Shown here: positions 28,583 through 36,392 of the stretch, one piece after another
How the letters are laid out: every line of letters begins with the position of its first letter
How positions within the stretch are numbered: position 1 is the stretch's first letter
Source: a virus
Lineage: Duplodnaviria > Caudoviricetes
Virus record (IMG/VR): IMGVR_UViG_3300011338_000870
Coordinates: 1-39,999 of that record
DNA length: 39,999 nucleotides
Reading direction: 5' to 3' (one strand)
The notes under the pieces: generated by a model
Told to the model about the DNA's origin: nothing
Seen by the model: only the letters and a program-made list of their open reading frames with translations
The model's database searches: none
Program-made: the position numbers and the translations under genes

Positions 28583-28668
28583 TGCACGACCCACGAATCG
28601 AACGTGGACAATAACTAACAGAACGTCTTCTGATATAGCCATAGACTCTACCATTAAGCTAGTCGTGC
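28583..28668 (-). ncRNA. tRNA-like RNA with extended hairpin in place of the anticodon loop
   Basis: GCACGAC/GTCGTGC-A acceptor, GCTT-AATGGTA-GAGT D arm, CCACG-TTCGATT-CGTGG T arm; middle ATGGCTA/TAGTTAT plus CAGAA-GACG-TTCTG. Confidence 0.8.
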
Positions 28669-28683
28669 TAAATTCACATCCTT

Positions 28684-28817
28684 TGAGCGGGCCAGAATTG
28701 CACTGGCTAGCTAAGTCAGCCGTGCTGGCTACCACGACCGGATTCTAGCAAATTGATTATGGTTCAAGCTTAAACTCTGCCCACGTAACTACGTTTCGCT
28801 GTCAACGCCGCCGCTCG
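28684..28817 (-). ncRNA. ~134-nt tRNA-like RNA with a two-hairpin insert in place of the anticodon loop
   Basis: GAGCGG/CCGCTC acceptor, GCGT/ACGT D-like stem, AGTTA/TAGCT stem, GCCAG-TGCAATT-CTGGC T arm; flanks 28673-28829 also pair. Confidence 0.7.
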
Positions 28818-28841
28818 CAGGAATGTGAAAGATTAATCTTA

Positions 28842-29153
28842 TTATTCTTCGTCTTCTTCTTGATCTTCTGAAGGATCATAATCAGGATTTGTTTTATAAA
28901 CGTTCAATATCTCTTTATCAGAAACACCTGGAATTTTTGGCAAATAAGCAATATCATGTTCTCCTTCACAAAAAGAACTCGAATCATCTTCAAAAATTAT
29001 TCTAAATAATTGGAAACATGGGCTTTCTGAATCAAATTCAGTTGAAATATAGCCCTGCACTTCTTTTATTTTTTTACCAGCAAGTTTCTCAAGATTAATC
29101 CAATTTCCACCTGAAGAATCAAATTCAGCTTTTACATCATTGTGACTTTTCAT
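28842..29153 (-). CDS. Hypothetical protein with acidic tail
   Basis: ORF with GGAGAGGG RBS; EGEHD motif. Confidence 0.75.
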   Translation of the reverse strand: MKSHNDVKAEFDSSGGNWINLEKLAGKKIKEVQGYISTEFDSESPCFQLFRIIFEDDSSSFCEGEHDIAYLPKIPGVSDKEILNVYKTNPDYDPSEDQEEDEE

Positions 29154-29177
29154 ACCCTCTCCTCTTCCGTACTTCCT

Positions 29178-29345
29178 TTAAATTTTATCCATTCGATCAT
29201 GATTAACTTTCTTTTCTGCTTCTTCAAAAGCAGAGGTTAACAATTCATATTCTTCATCGGTTAAAGTTTTAAAAATTTGTTCCATTACTGTTTTTAAAGG
29301 AACTCCAACTTTTGAGTTTTTAAAATAAACTAAATTTTTATCCAT
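29178..29345 (-). CDS. 55-aa hypothetical protein (not in the ORF track)
   Basis: MDKNLVYFKNSKVGVPLK...; fills the gap and overlaps the upstream stop. Confidence 0.55.
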   Translation of the reverse strand: MDKNLVYFKNSKVGVPLKTVMEQIFKTLTDEEYELLTSAFEEAEKKVNHDRMDKI

Positions 29346-29769
29346 CTATTTTAATCCATAGATCAGCTTCGATATCTGATTGTTCATTACTAATCTTGGA
29401 GTCTATGCCAAATGAATTAAACTTTACATTCTTCAGCACCACTCGTAAGGGCTTGTCGGTTTGAAGCTTGCCTAAGCTACGTTCATTAATTAATTGTTTT
29501 AAGAAATCTGAAGAGAATAAGCCTTCAGGCGTTTTTTCTTTAAGTGAATTAATAACACAAGGACTCATCAATACTTCTTGCTTGGGTTGTGTGTCGTAGG
29601 GGAGCCAGTCATTTATTTCACTATCATGAGCATCACATTCTCCCAATTCTGTTTTTCCAACAGAAACCCCCATGCTAGTGATAGCTAATAAAGTAAAAAC
29701 ACGTCGACTTTTACTATCCCAAACTCCTCGCTTAAACTTCTGCCCAATATGTTCTTTATTTAGTTTCAT
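29338..29769 (-). CDS. Hypothetical protein
   Basis: Coupled ORF. Confidence 0.65.
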   Translation of the reverse strand: MKLNKEHIGQKFKRGVWDSKSRRVFTLLAITSMGVSVGKTELGECDAHDSEINDWLPYDTQPKQEVLMSPCVINSLKEKTPEGLFSSDFLKQLINERSLGKLQTDKPLRVVLKNVKFNSFGIDSKISNEQSDIEADLWIKIDG

Positions 29770-29963
29770 TTTATAATTTCCTGATATTTTTCAAAACTTA
29801 TTATCGCCTCAAAATACAGCTTAAGTTCTTTTATTTTAATAACACGTCTACGCCTATAGATATCCTCTAATTCCCATGTGTCCGCACCATAATCGGTACG
29901 TATAATGTAGAAGATTTTACCATTTCTATTGTCTCGTAATCTTGGAGCACGCTCCAATTTCAT
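29766..29963 (-). CDS. Hypothetical protein
   Basis: GAGGTG RBS, coupled. Confidence 0.65.
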   Translation of the reverse strand: MKLERAPRLRDNRNGKIFYIIRTDYGADTWELEDIYRRRRVIKIKELKLYFEAIISFEKYQEIIK

Positions 29964-30094
29964 CTTCTCACCTCAGTTAAAAGCTTATGAACAATATCGT
30001 AAGATTTCCTTGCAGAAGCTAGTGCCTTATGAGCAGGGAACAAAGGAAACATCTTACGGATAGAGAGATAGAGGCGTTTAAGATCTTGATTCAT
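29960..30094 (-). CDS. 44-aa hypothetical protein (not in the ORF track)
   Basis: MNQDLKRLYLSIRKMFP...; ATGA overlaps at both ends. Confidence 0.6.
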   Translation of the reverse strand: MNQDLKRLYLSIRKMFPLFPAHKALASARKSYDIVHKLLTEVRR

Positions 30095-30348
30095 ATCTTA
30101 TGCTCCACAAAGATATTAGGTTCATCAGGATTCGAAGTGTCCTCTTCTTCACACTCCCAAATTTCAAAACAATCAGGATGAAAAGCAACATCTCGGCTGT
30201 TATCAGCAGGATCTTCTGCAAGAGTAAACCTGTCATAAAGATCCAAGTCTAATTTGCAGTAGAAGCAAACTTGTTCTAAGTTTTGATATTGTGTGGCTGT
30301 TAAGCCTTCTGGATATTCTTCGCGTGGTGTGTCTCTATAGCAGTTCAT
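30091..30348 (-). CDS. Small zinc-finger protein
   Basis: CFYC...FHPDC; AGAAAGGGTTAGA RBS. Confidence 0.7.
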   Translation of the reverse strand: MNCYRDTPREEYPEGLTATQYQNLEQVCFYCKLDLDLYDRFTLAEDPADNSRDVAFHPDCFEIWECEEEDTSNPDEPNIFVEHKI

Positions 30349-30384
30349 TTTCTAACCCTTTCTTAAAATGAATTGTTTATTTAT

Positions 30385-30543
30385 TTAATATATTTCACTA
30401 GCTTTTATTGCTTTTTTACGTCCGCCTAATTTTCCATTAGCTTGAGAAGCTTTAGTTTTGGCTTTAGATTTAACTTGGCCACCTTTTTTACCGGCTTCAC
30501 TTAAGAAGTTCTTAATTTGTTTGGAGATTGTTTCTTTCTTCAT
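30385..30543 (-). CDS. 52-aa basic KGG-type putative DNA-binding protein (not in the ORF track)
   Basis: MKKETISKQIKNFLSEAGKKGGQVKSKAKTKASQANGKLGGRKK...; directly downstream of a promoter. Confidence 0.75.
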   Translation of the reverse strand: MKKETISKQIKNFLSEAGKKGGQVKSKAKTKASQANGKLGGRKKAIKASEIY

Positions 30544-30552
30544 TTTATAATC

Positions 30553-30581
30553 TTTCTAGCTAAGCAGCTTTGGTTTGTCAA
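30553..30581 (-). promoter_or_regulatory. Sigma70-type promoter with 19-bp operator
   Basis: TTGACA-17 bp-TAGAAA; contains AACCAAAGCTGCTTAGCTA (30557-30575). Confidence 0.65.
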
Positions 30582-30944
30582 CTAATTAAAATAATTATTT
30601 ATACAATTCTCAAATTCTTCGAAAGAATAACAGATTTTAGTTTTGTATCCTCTTGCTTCCATCAATATCATAAACTCTTGTTGTTCTTTAGTGGGTTTAT
30701 TGTAGCCGGTTTTCATTTCTATCCATAGGCCATGAAACTCTTTAATAGGCTCAGGGATAAACAAATCGTACACACCTGCGCGAACCCCTTCTCTCTTCAG
30801 TTTAATGGCAACAAGAAGGTTTCTGAGCCCTCCATTGCCTATTGCAAAGATGACTCTCTTGGGAAATTGCATTTTAAACCAATTAACACACTGGCATTGG
30901 AGTTGATGCTCTGAAATTTTAGGCTTTGATGTTTTTGTTTTCAT
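30582..30944 (-). CDS. VRR-NUC domain nuclease (Holliday-junction-resolvase-like)
   Basis: SEHQLQ...NGG.R...GV.AGV.DL...IEMK....PT.EQ. Confidence 0.88.
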   Translation of the reverse strand: MKTKTSKPKISEHQLQCQCVNWFKMQFPKRVIFAIGNGGLRNLLVAIKLKREGVRAGVYDLFIPEPIKEFHGLWIEMKTGYNKPTKEQQEFMILMEARGYKTKICYSFEEFENCINNYFN

Positions 30945-31266
30945 TTTCTTTCCATTTTATCCATGCGAGGCAGATTGCTTCAGGTGCTGTCGTTCCAATA
31001 GAACCTTCATCATATTGATCTGAAATGGCATCTTGAATTAAATCTCCAGTATTCTTGAACACATGATAATAAACTTTAAACTTAACATCTTTTCGATCTA
31101 TATGCTTGAGATATGCTCCAGGCATCTCTTCAAACAATTCCCAAGCATCTAAAATTTTTAAACTCCAATAAGGAACTAGCTTATCAGCAGCTAAACCATA
31201 TTGTGTTTTATGATAATCAATTCCTTTTAATTTTGCTATTTGTTCATCAAGTTTAGTATGAATCAT
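30919..31266 (-). CDS. Phage ABA-sandwich-like protein
   Basis: P.WS..I.DAW.L...TAPEAICLA pattern. Confidence 0.7.
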   Translation of the reverse strand: MIHTKLDEQIAKLKGIDYHKTQYGLAADKLVPYWSLKILDAWELFEEMPGAYLKHIDRKDVKFKVYYHVFKNTGDLIQDAISDQYDEGSIGTTAPEAICLAWIKWKENENKNIKA

Positions 31267-31655
31267 CTCTTCTCCCCAAACACAGGCTTCTTTAACTCAC
31301 TAAAGAGCTGACTATCAATAATGGCTGTCCCTTCAATAATCTTTACACACCGAAGCACATTAAAAAGATGCCCCACTTCATAATCAAGCAAACTAGCTTC
31401 AGGCCTCCAGCCAGCTTTCACTAACTTCTCTTTTACCCCTTCAAAGTAATCATGGAGCCAAGATGGATTTTTATTGTTAGTCTCACAAAGACGAAACATC
31501 TCTTCGTTCCCGCAATAGCGTATAGGGCCTTCAGGGGTATCGTGACGTAAAAGGATAGGCTCCTCTATAGATCTGCGCACAGTGAGGCGTTTAAGCTGAT
31601 CCATTGGCATTTCTAGGATAGTGTCGCCTTTGAGTTTATATAGTTTCCAGGTCAT
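31263..31655 (-). CDS. Hypothetical protein
   Basis: Coupled ORF. Confidence 0.65.
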   Translation of the reverse strand: MTWKLYKLKGDTILEMPMDQLKRLTVRRSIEEPILLRHDTPEGPIRYCGNEEMFRLCETNNKNPSWLHDYFEGVKEKLVKAGWRPEASLLDYEVGHLFNVLRCVKIIEGTAIIDSQLFSELKKPVFGEKR

Positions 31656-31882
31656 AAATCTTCAATCCCCACTATCTTTTCACTAGTCACGCTAGATTTA
31701 GGCTCAGGGGCTCCCATAAGAGCTTCCCTATAAGTATTTTGTAAAACATGGTCATTTGGGTATAATGCCAACATCTCTTCATGCCATTTAATTTTAAAAG
31801 CCCTTTGGTCACATTCAGGTGTTGAAAGGAGCTTTTGTACAAATTGACAGTAGTCTTTGCCTGAAGGGTGAGATTGACTCAC
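31652..31882 (-). CDS. Hypothetical protein
   Basis: GAGGAG RBS, GTG start, coupled. Confidence 0.65.
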   Translation of the reverse strand: MSQSHPSGKDYCQFVQKLLSTPECDQRAFKIKWHEEMLALYPNDHVLQNTYREALMGAPEPKSSVTSEKIVGIEDL

Positions 31883-32064
31883 GATACATTCTCCTCTTTA
31901 ATCCATCCTTTAGCTAAAAGCTCATTTAAACAAGTGACGCTCTTATCAATACAGCTCTTGCAATAGCCTTCTAAGAGGTCTAAATCTTTAATCCTGGCTA
32001 GGCACATCTTGCAGTTATAATAATTATACTTAAGCTTTTCTTCATTTGGCTCTAGTTCATTCAT
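31879..32064 (-). CDS. Small zinc-finger protein
   Basis: CKMC...GYCKSC; TAGAAAGGGT RBS. Confidence 0.7.
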   Translation of the reverse strand: MNELEPNEEKLKYNYYNCKMCLARIKDLDLLEGYCKSCIDKSVTCLNELLAKGWIKEENVS

Positions 32065-32089
32065 AATTTACCCTTTCTAAATTGTTTTA

Positions 32090-32680
32090 AATTTTGAGCG
32101 CAAAAAACCTTCGCATCTGAGTAGAGTAGTTAACCCAGAAATAATTAACTCGGAATATGTTGCAGCTCTGGTCCTTAAGCTAAGCGTACAATTGTATATT
32201 ATCTGGCATGTGTTCACTTATTATCGCGGGCACCACCCCGCTGTAGTCCTGCATCTCTAATTGGCCCTCATTGAAGGGGCGCACCAGCTTGTCCCGTATC
32301 TCCCCCTGCTGCAGAGGATTAAGGCGCCTGGAAGCTACAGTTTGGAATAACTACCCGTAAGACTACCGAGCACTGTATGAAGACGGCGCACAATTGTAGT
32401 TAACCTAAGCTATCTCCCTCTAAATATCTCTCCATCTTTTAAATGAGGGATTAGGAGTGAGCGCGTTTAAAGTGGGGCGCACAAGATCACTTAAAGGATT
32501 AGCTGGAATGGAATCGTGTGATCCCAAGCAAAGGTATGGGTTTAAACATTACTGTTTAAATATTCCATCCCAGCAAATACTTTAGTTGTTCATTTCTATA
32601 TTGGATTCCCCTTGCTATTGACTTCACACGATTGAAGTATTGAAGTTTTGTTGATGGTAAAATCTTAATTAAGATTTAAA
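32090..32680. ncRNA. Large structured non-coding region (candidate ncRNA and/or replication origin)
   Basis: No ORF of 60 aa or more in any frame; visibly GC-richer than flanks; many nested inverted repeats and short direct repeats. Confidence 0.55.
32660..32677. promoter_or_regulatory. Perfect 18-bp palindrome
   Basis: AAATCTTAATTAAGATTT. Confidence 0.6.
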
Positions 32681-32683
32681 TAA

Positions 32684-33112
32684 TTACAAGCCTTTTTCTA
32701 TCTCAGACTTACGAAAACTTATAACTGTGCGTAATATATCAACTTTTAATATTGCCATTTCGTATTCTACTTTGGCTTGTTGGAAGTTTCTGTTTGCTTC
32801 TGTAAGTCCTTCTTGAAATTGTTGCCATTCTTCAGAAGAATATGCTGCATCTTCTTTTTCATTATTAGGAATTTTAGGGCTATAAACTGTTGCTCCGGCA
32901 GGAACTATTGTGCCAACAGGTAAAGGTTTAGCTCTTATGTTTACTTTTAAAGTAGCAAGAATAGGTTTAGCTTTATTTTCAATCTGCTCATAGTTTACTT
33001 TAGCCTCGGCAAACTTCTTATAACAAACATGAGCCCAAGCCCCTCTTGAAATTAATTCATTTAATAACTGCTCGTGAGGCATTAAATAATAATTAGGGGT
33101 TTCAGTTTCCAT
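32684..33112 (-). CDS. Coiled-coil protein, possibly a recombination mediator
   Basis: Two long helices ending LRTVISF.K.E, reminiscent of UvsY-like proteins; near SSB and exonuclease. Confidence 0.5.
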   Translation of the reverse strand: METETPNYYLMPHEQLLNELISRGAWAHVCYKKFAEAKVNYEQIENKAKPILATLKVNIRAKPLPVGTIVPAGATVYSPKIPNNEKEDAAYSSEEWQQFQEGLTEANRNFQQAKVEYEMAILKVDILRTVISFRKSEIEKGL

Positions 33113-33503
33113 AAGCCCTCAACACACAAGAAACATTCTGAGTATATCCATTTGAGCGTTGAGTGTAAGTAAATATGCCAGAATTAATCGAACCCCGCAT
33201 ATTAGTTACTTCACCCGCTACAGTTCCAACATAATCAATACTATCACAGCCCGTTTGAGACCAAGTAAAAGCAACTCCATCCGAAACTCCTGTCCCATCT
33301 CTAAACCATCCTCCAACACCTACTTGATTGCCAGCTCTACAATCCCAGTAAGTCGAAGCGTCTTGAGCATTGTTGCCATTTAAAAAATCAGCCATATGGA
33401 AATTGCAGTTTTGTTCGGAAGCATCTAAACCGATTAAGTCTTCGCCACTTGCTCCGCCACAACTTGAAAATAAAAGTAAAAGTAAAATTAATGTCAATCG
33501 CAT
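33102..33503 (-). CDS. Lipoprotein
   Basis: Start re-assigned to ATG 33503 (AGAAAGGGTT RBS); MRLTLILLLLLFSS-C lipobox; beta-rich, 4 further Cys. Confidence 0.8.
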   Translation of the reverse strand: MRLTLILLLLLFSSCGGASGEDLIGLDASEQNCNFHMADFLNGNNAQDASTYWDCRAGNQVGVGGWFRDGTGVSDGVAFTWSQTGCDSIDYVGTVAGEVTNMRGSINSGIFTYTQRSNGYTQNVSCVLRAYGN

Positions 33504-33571
33504 AAAACCCTTTCTGAAAAATAGTTGGGCGAAATTATTGCGCACAAATCACCCAACTTAATTAATTGAAT

Positions 33572-34078
33572 TTAAAACGGTATTTCACTATCAAATTTAG
33601 GCTCTTGAGTAGGAAGAGGGGGCTCTTCTTCTTTTTTAGCAGAATTAGCAGCTTTAGCAGGGCCTAATTGTTTAAGCTCTATACTTTGAAGCGCTTTCCA
33701 TTCATTGTTTGTTAATTCTTTTTTAACAAAGACAGAATAGGTTGTATTTTTTTCAACGCCTGTACGTTTAATTTTAAATATGTTTTGTTCGCCATATTCA
33801 AGGATTGCATCTTTGATTGCGGTAATAAACCCATAACCGCCAGAAACAATCTTTGCTGAAGATGCTCCGACAGGAATAAAATTAAGCTTAAACTTAAAAG
33901 AAGAGCCTTCAACTTTAGTGGGATATTCTTTGTATGGTTTTTCTTTAAAGATGGTGAAGAAGCAATAAGGATCACCCATAAAGACACCTTCTATAAATTG
34001 CCCGTCTTTAAGTTGTACGTAATCCTCTTTTGAAAAACTATTACCGTCATTTTTACCGAATGTGTCTACCCATGACAT
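33572..34078 (-). CDS. Single-stranded DNA-binding protein-like
   Basis: KIKRTG....TTYSV motif and acidic C-terminal DSEIPF tail. Confidence 0.7.
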   Translation of the reverse strand: MSWVDTFGKNDGNSFSKEDYVQLKDGQFIEGVFMGDPYCFFTIFKEKPYKEYPTKVEGSSFKFKLNFIPVGASSAKIVSGGYGFITAIKDAILEYGEQNIFKIKRTGVEKNTTYSVFVKKELTNNEWKALQSIELKQLGPAKAANSAKKEEEPPLPTQEPKFDSEIPF

Positions 34079-34146
34079 ATATTTTCTCCTGTTTAAATGT
34101 GCTCTAAGAGCGGTTAATAAATTGATTTTATTATGTATTTTTGTTA

Positions 34147-35010
34147 TTATTTTACTGTGACTAACTTACGAGTTTTTAACTTTTCAACAGGTTTATCCAC
34201 AGCTGTGAATTGTTTATGATACCACTGGGGGGCGTCAAAATATTCCCAGCATTTAATTGCGGCTTTTGCTCCTTCTAACGCTCTTTCTAATTTTAATGCG
34301 CCGTAATTATAGAGTTTAATCTGTGAAGGATTTTCTCGCTCGATATTAATAATTAAACCGGAAGAGCAATCGATTCCCCGAGACTCAAGCAGCCCTTGGC
34401 GGTATATAGCGAGTTGAGCAGTCATCTTAGGCTCATAGATGGAGCCCGTTTTAAAGTCGCTCATAACGAAACCTGGCACTAATGGGTCGCTATTCTTAGA
34501 GAGGTAAGGCGTTAAATGTTTGATGGAAGATTCGTTTAACCTGAAACAAACATCAAAACGCCCGCACACTCTCAAAACATGACTTGTCACTTGCTCTTCT
34601 AAGCCAATCACTTCGAGCCCTGAATCTTTATAAAACTCACGAAAAGTATTTAAGGCAATTTCAACATCAGGATTTTCAGAAGTAAAACCTTTACCATTTA
34701 AAAAGCCTTCAAAGCCCGAATGACAATCAGTCCCAAAGTCTTGAACGCGTTTACCTTCTAAAGAAGGCCCAGCTAAACCTACTTCACAAGCCCAATTTAA
34801 GCACGTAGCAGATTCAAGGCGCTCTTTTAACGAGTCATGAGTAGCAAGCCCGCGCAAAGCAAAGATTATTGCTTGAGAAGCTTGCTTGATTTTCCATTGC
34901 TCGAGTCCATATGAAGAACCTGCGCTACTTAAAACAGTAGTAGCTCCGGGATAGTAAGCGTTTCTTTCTTCACAGAAATAATAACCATTTTTACGTTTAA
35001 TCTCAGCCAT
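34147..35010 (-). CDS. PD-(D/E)XK exonuclease (Cas4/RecB-like)
   Basis: YP..TTVL, GT..H, E...GRFD, DFKTG, QLA.Y motifs; start may be ATG 35010 or 35088. Confidence 0.85.
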   Translation of the reverse strand: MAEIKRKNGYYFCEERNAYYPGATTVLSSAGSSYGLEQWKIKQASQAIIFALRGLATHDSLKERLESATCLNWACEVGLAGPSLEGKRVQDFGTDCHSGFEGFLNGKGFTSENPDVEIALNTFREFYKDSGLEVIGLEEQVTSHVLRVCGRFDVCFRLNESSIKHLTPYLSKNSDPLVPGFVMSDFKTGSIYEPKMTAQLAIYRQGLLESRGIDCSSGLIINIERENPSQIKLYNYGALKLERALEGAKAAIKCWEYFDAPQWYHKQFTAVDKPVEKLKTRKLVTVK

Positions 35011-35150
35011 TGGAAACCACCATTTCTTCTTCATGACATTCTTGAAGATCAGCAATAAGCCTATCAAGTTTATTATTAAGAGCATCACATGACTTTTTGT
35101 AATTCAAATAGTGAAAGTCTAACTCTTCCTGCATCGTTCGACATTCAACT

Positions 35151-35348
35151 TTAATTTGCTCGAGTAGTAGTGCGTCCATAGGAACCTCTTTGTTTGAGTT
35201 GATAGACGTTGGAAGGAAGGCTTTTAAGATCTAAGCCTTGAGAATATTTCTTTGCGCTTGGCTTATCTTCTCTTTCATCGCTAGTTTTTAAGAGCTTTAA
35301 TGCTAAGAGAAATAATACTATTACTTGCATCAGTAGGAATGTTCGCAT
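35151..35348 (-). CDS. Small protein with N-terminal hydrophobic helix
   Basis: AGAAAGGGTTA RBS. Confidence 0.7.
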   Translation of the reverse strand: MRTFLLMQVIVLFLLALKLLKTSDEREDKPSAKKYSQGLDLKSLPSNVYQLKQRGSYGRTTTRAN

Positions 35349-35370
35349 TTTAACCCTTTCTTGTTTGTTA

Positions 35371-35559
35371 TTACTTATTAAAGAAAACCTTGTATCGTTT
35401 TTCTGCTTCTTCGTTTTCTAATTCTTCCAGCTTTTCTGTTGTTAATCGTATTTCTTTACCCAGCGTATAAGCCTTGTCTTCTAGTTTTTGAACTTGCTTA
35501 CGTAGTTCTTCAAGGCCAGTAATGTAGTTTTGTATTTTTAGGTATATTTCATCGGTCAT
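35371..35559 (-). CDS. Small coiled-coil protein
   Basis: Coupled ORF. Confidence 0.7.
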   Translation of the reverse strand: MTDEIYLKIQNYITGLEELRKQVQKLEDKAYTLGKEIRLTTEKLEELENEEAEKRYKVFFNK

Positions 35560-35816
35560 AAAGCACCCGTTGCTTTCATTAAGGCTATTTTATTTAATTC
35601 TTTTTGTTCTCTTTCATTTTGCTCCTTTTTACTTCCGCCACATTCATGGCAAAATGCACAGTCTTCAATTGCATAGTTCGAACAATCACAACGGCAATCA
35701 CAAAATACTGGTTGAATATTCATATTGATTTCCTTTTTGTTAAAAACTTCAAATTTGACGGCGTTTGTTTTAGAAAAATAATCTATCAATTCTTCTTTGG
35801 TGATGCCTTTTTTCAC
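35556..35816 (-). CDS. Cys-rich small protein
   Basis: CDCRCDC...CAFCHEC; GGGAG RBS, GTG start. Confidence 0.65.
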   Translation of the reverse strand: MKKGITKEELIDYFSKTNAVKFEVFNKKEINMNIQPVFCDCRCDCSNYAIEDCAFCHECGGSKKEQNEREQKELNKIALMKATGAL

Positions 35817-36011
35817 TTAAAACTCCCTTCTTTCACCATTTACTCGAAAGCCTATCACTGAAGAGAAAGCGATATTGAAATTGTAGGGGTTAGCGTTAAC
35901 GACAAAATAAAGAGAGTTAAGAGCTAAGTTGCAGTTATTGGAATAAGTAACTTTAGGTGAATATTTACAAAAGTCTAATTTGTCTCTAGGGAATTGTTCG
36001 TAGATTTTCAT
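35817..36011 (-). CDS. Hypothetical protein
   Basis: AGAAAGGGTTAGA RBS. Confidence 0.7.
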   Translation of the reverse strand: MKIYEQFPRDKLDFCKYSPKVTYSNNCNLALNSLYFVVNANPYNFNIAFSSVIGFRVNGERREF

Positions 36012-36034
36012 ATTCTAACCCTTTCTGATTATTG

Positions 36035-36148
36035 TTATTTACTAAATGCAGCGGTGTATCGTTTTTCTGCTTCTTCATTTTCTATTTCTTCTATTCGGGC
36101 TGGCTTATTTTTTGTTGCTGATAAAAATTTTGAATGGATTGCTTGCAT
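36035..36148 (-). CDS. 37-aa probably chimeric ORF (not in the ORF track)
   Basis: MQAIHSKFLSATKNKPARIEEIENEEAEKRYTAAFSK; C-terminus duplicates that of 35371-35559. Confidence 0.55.
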   Translation of the reverse strand: MQAIHSKFLSATKNKPARIEEIENEEAEKRYTAAFSK

Positions 36149-36197
36149 GGTATGTGCCCTTTTAATTTGAAAAATTACATTTTCTATTATTGTTTAT

Positions 36198-36368
36198 TTA
36201 TAAAATCTCTTTTAAAATCCCACTTACTTTTATTAAAAATTCGTTTTCATCGTGTAGATGAACGTCAATTTCCTCTCCGATAAAATTTTCAGCCGCACTA
36301 TCTATTGTGTCTGTGTCTAAAATTCCAACTGTGCCGTCCTCAAGCAAAACTTTTATTAAATTTTCCAT
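36198..36368 (-). CDS. 56-aa acidic protein (not in the ORF track)
   Basis: MENLIKVLLEDGTVG...VHLHDENE...; AGAAGGGGTTAGA RBS. Confidence 0.75.
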   Translation of the reverse strand: MENLIKVLLEDGTVGILDTDTIDSAAENFIGEEIDVHLHDENEFLIKVSGILKEIL

Positions 36369-36392
36369 TTTCTAACCCCTTCTTTTTATTGT

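Noticed and set aside
28684-28817. tmRNA
   Set aside because: Too short, no tag reading frame, and the acceptor stem lacks the G3-U70 alanine identity pair
32121-32482. Group II intron (minus-strand GTGCGCC starts and CTACTCTAC end)
   Set aside because: No convincing domain V hairpin after GAGCTG, weak domain VI pairing, short length (270-360 nt) and no interrupted gene
34147-35010. CRISPR-associated Cas4
   Set aside because: No four-cysteine Fe-S pattern and no cas or array context; an ordinary phage PD-(D/E)XK exonuclease is more likely
35011-35088. Membrane-anchored exonuclease (hydrophobic N-terminal extension)
   Set aside because: A downstream ATG at 35010 with a GGTGG RBS fits the family start better; the extension cannot be supported, though it is not excluded
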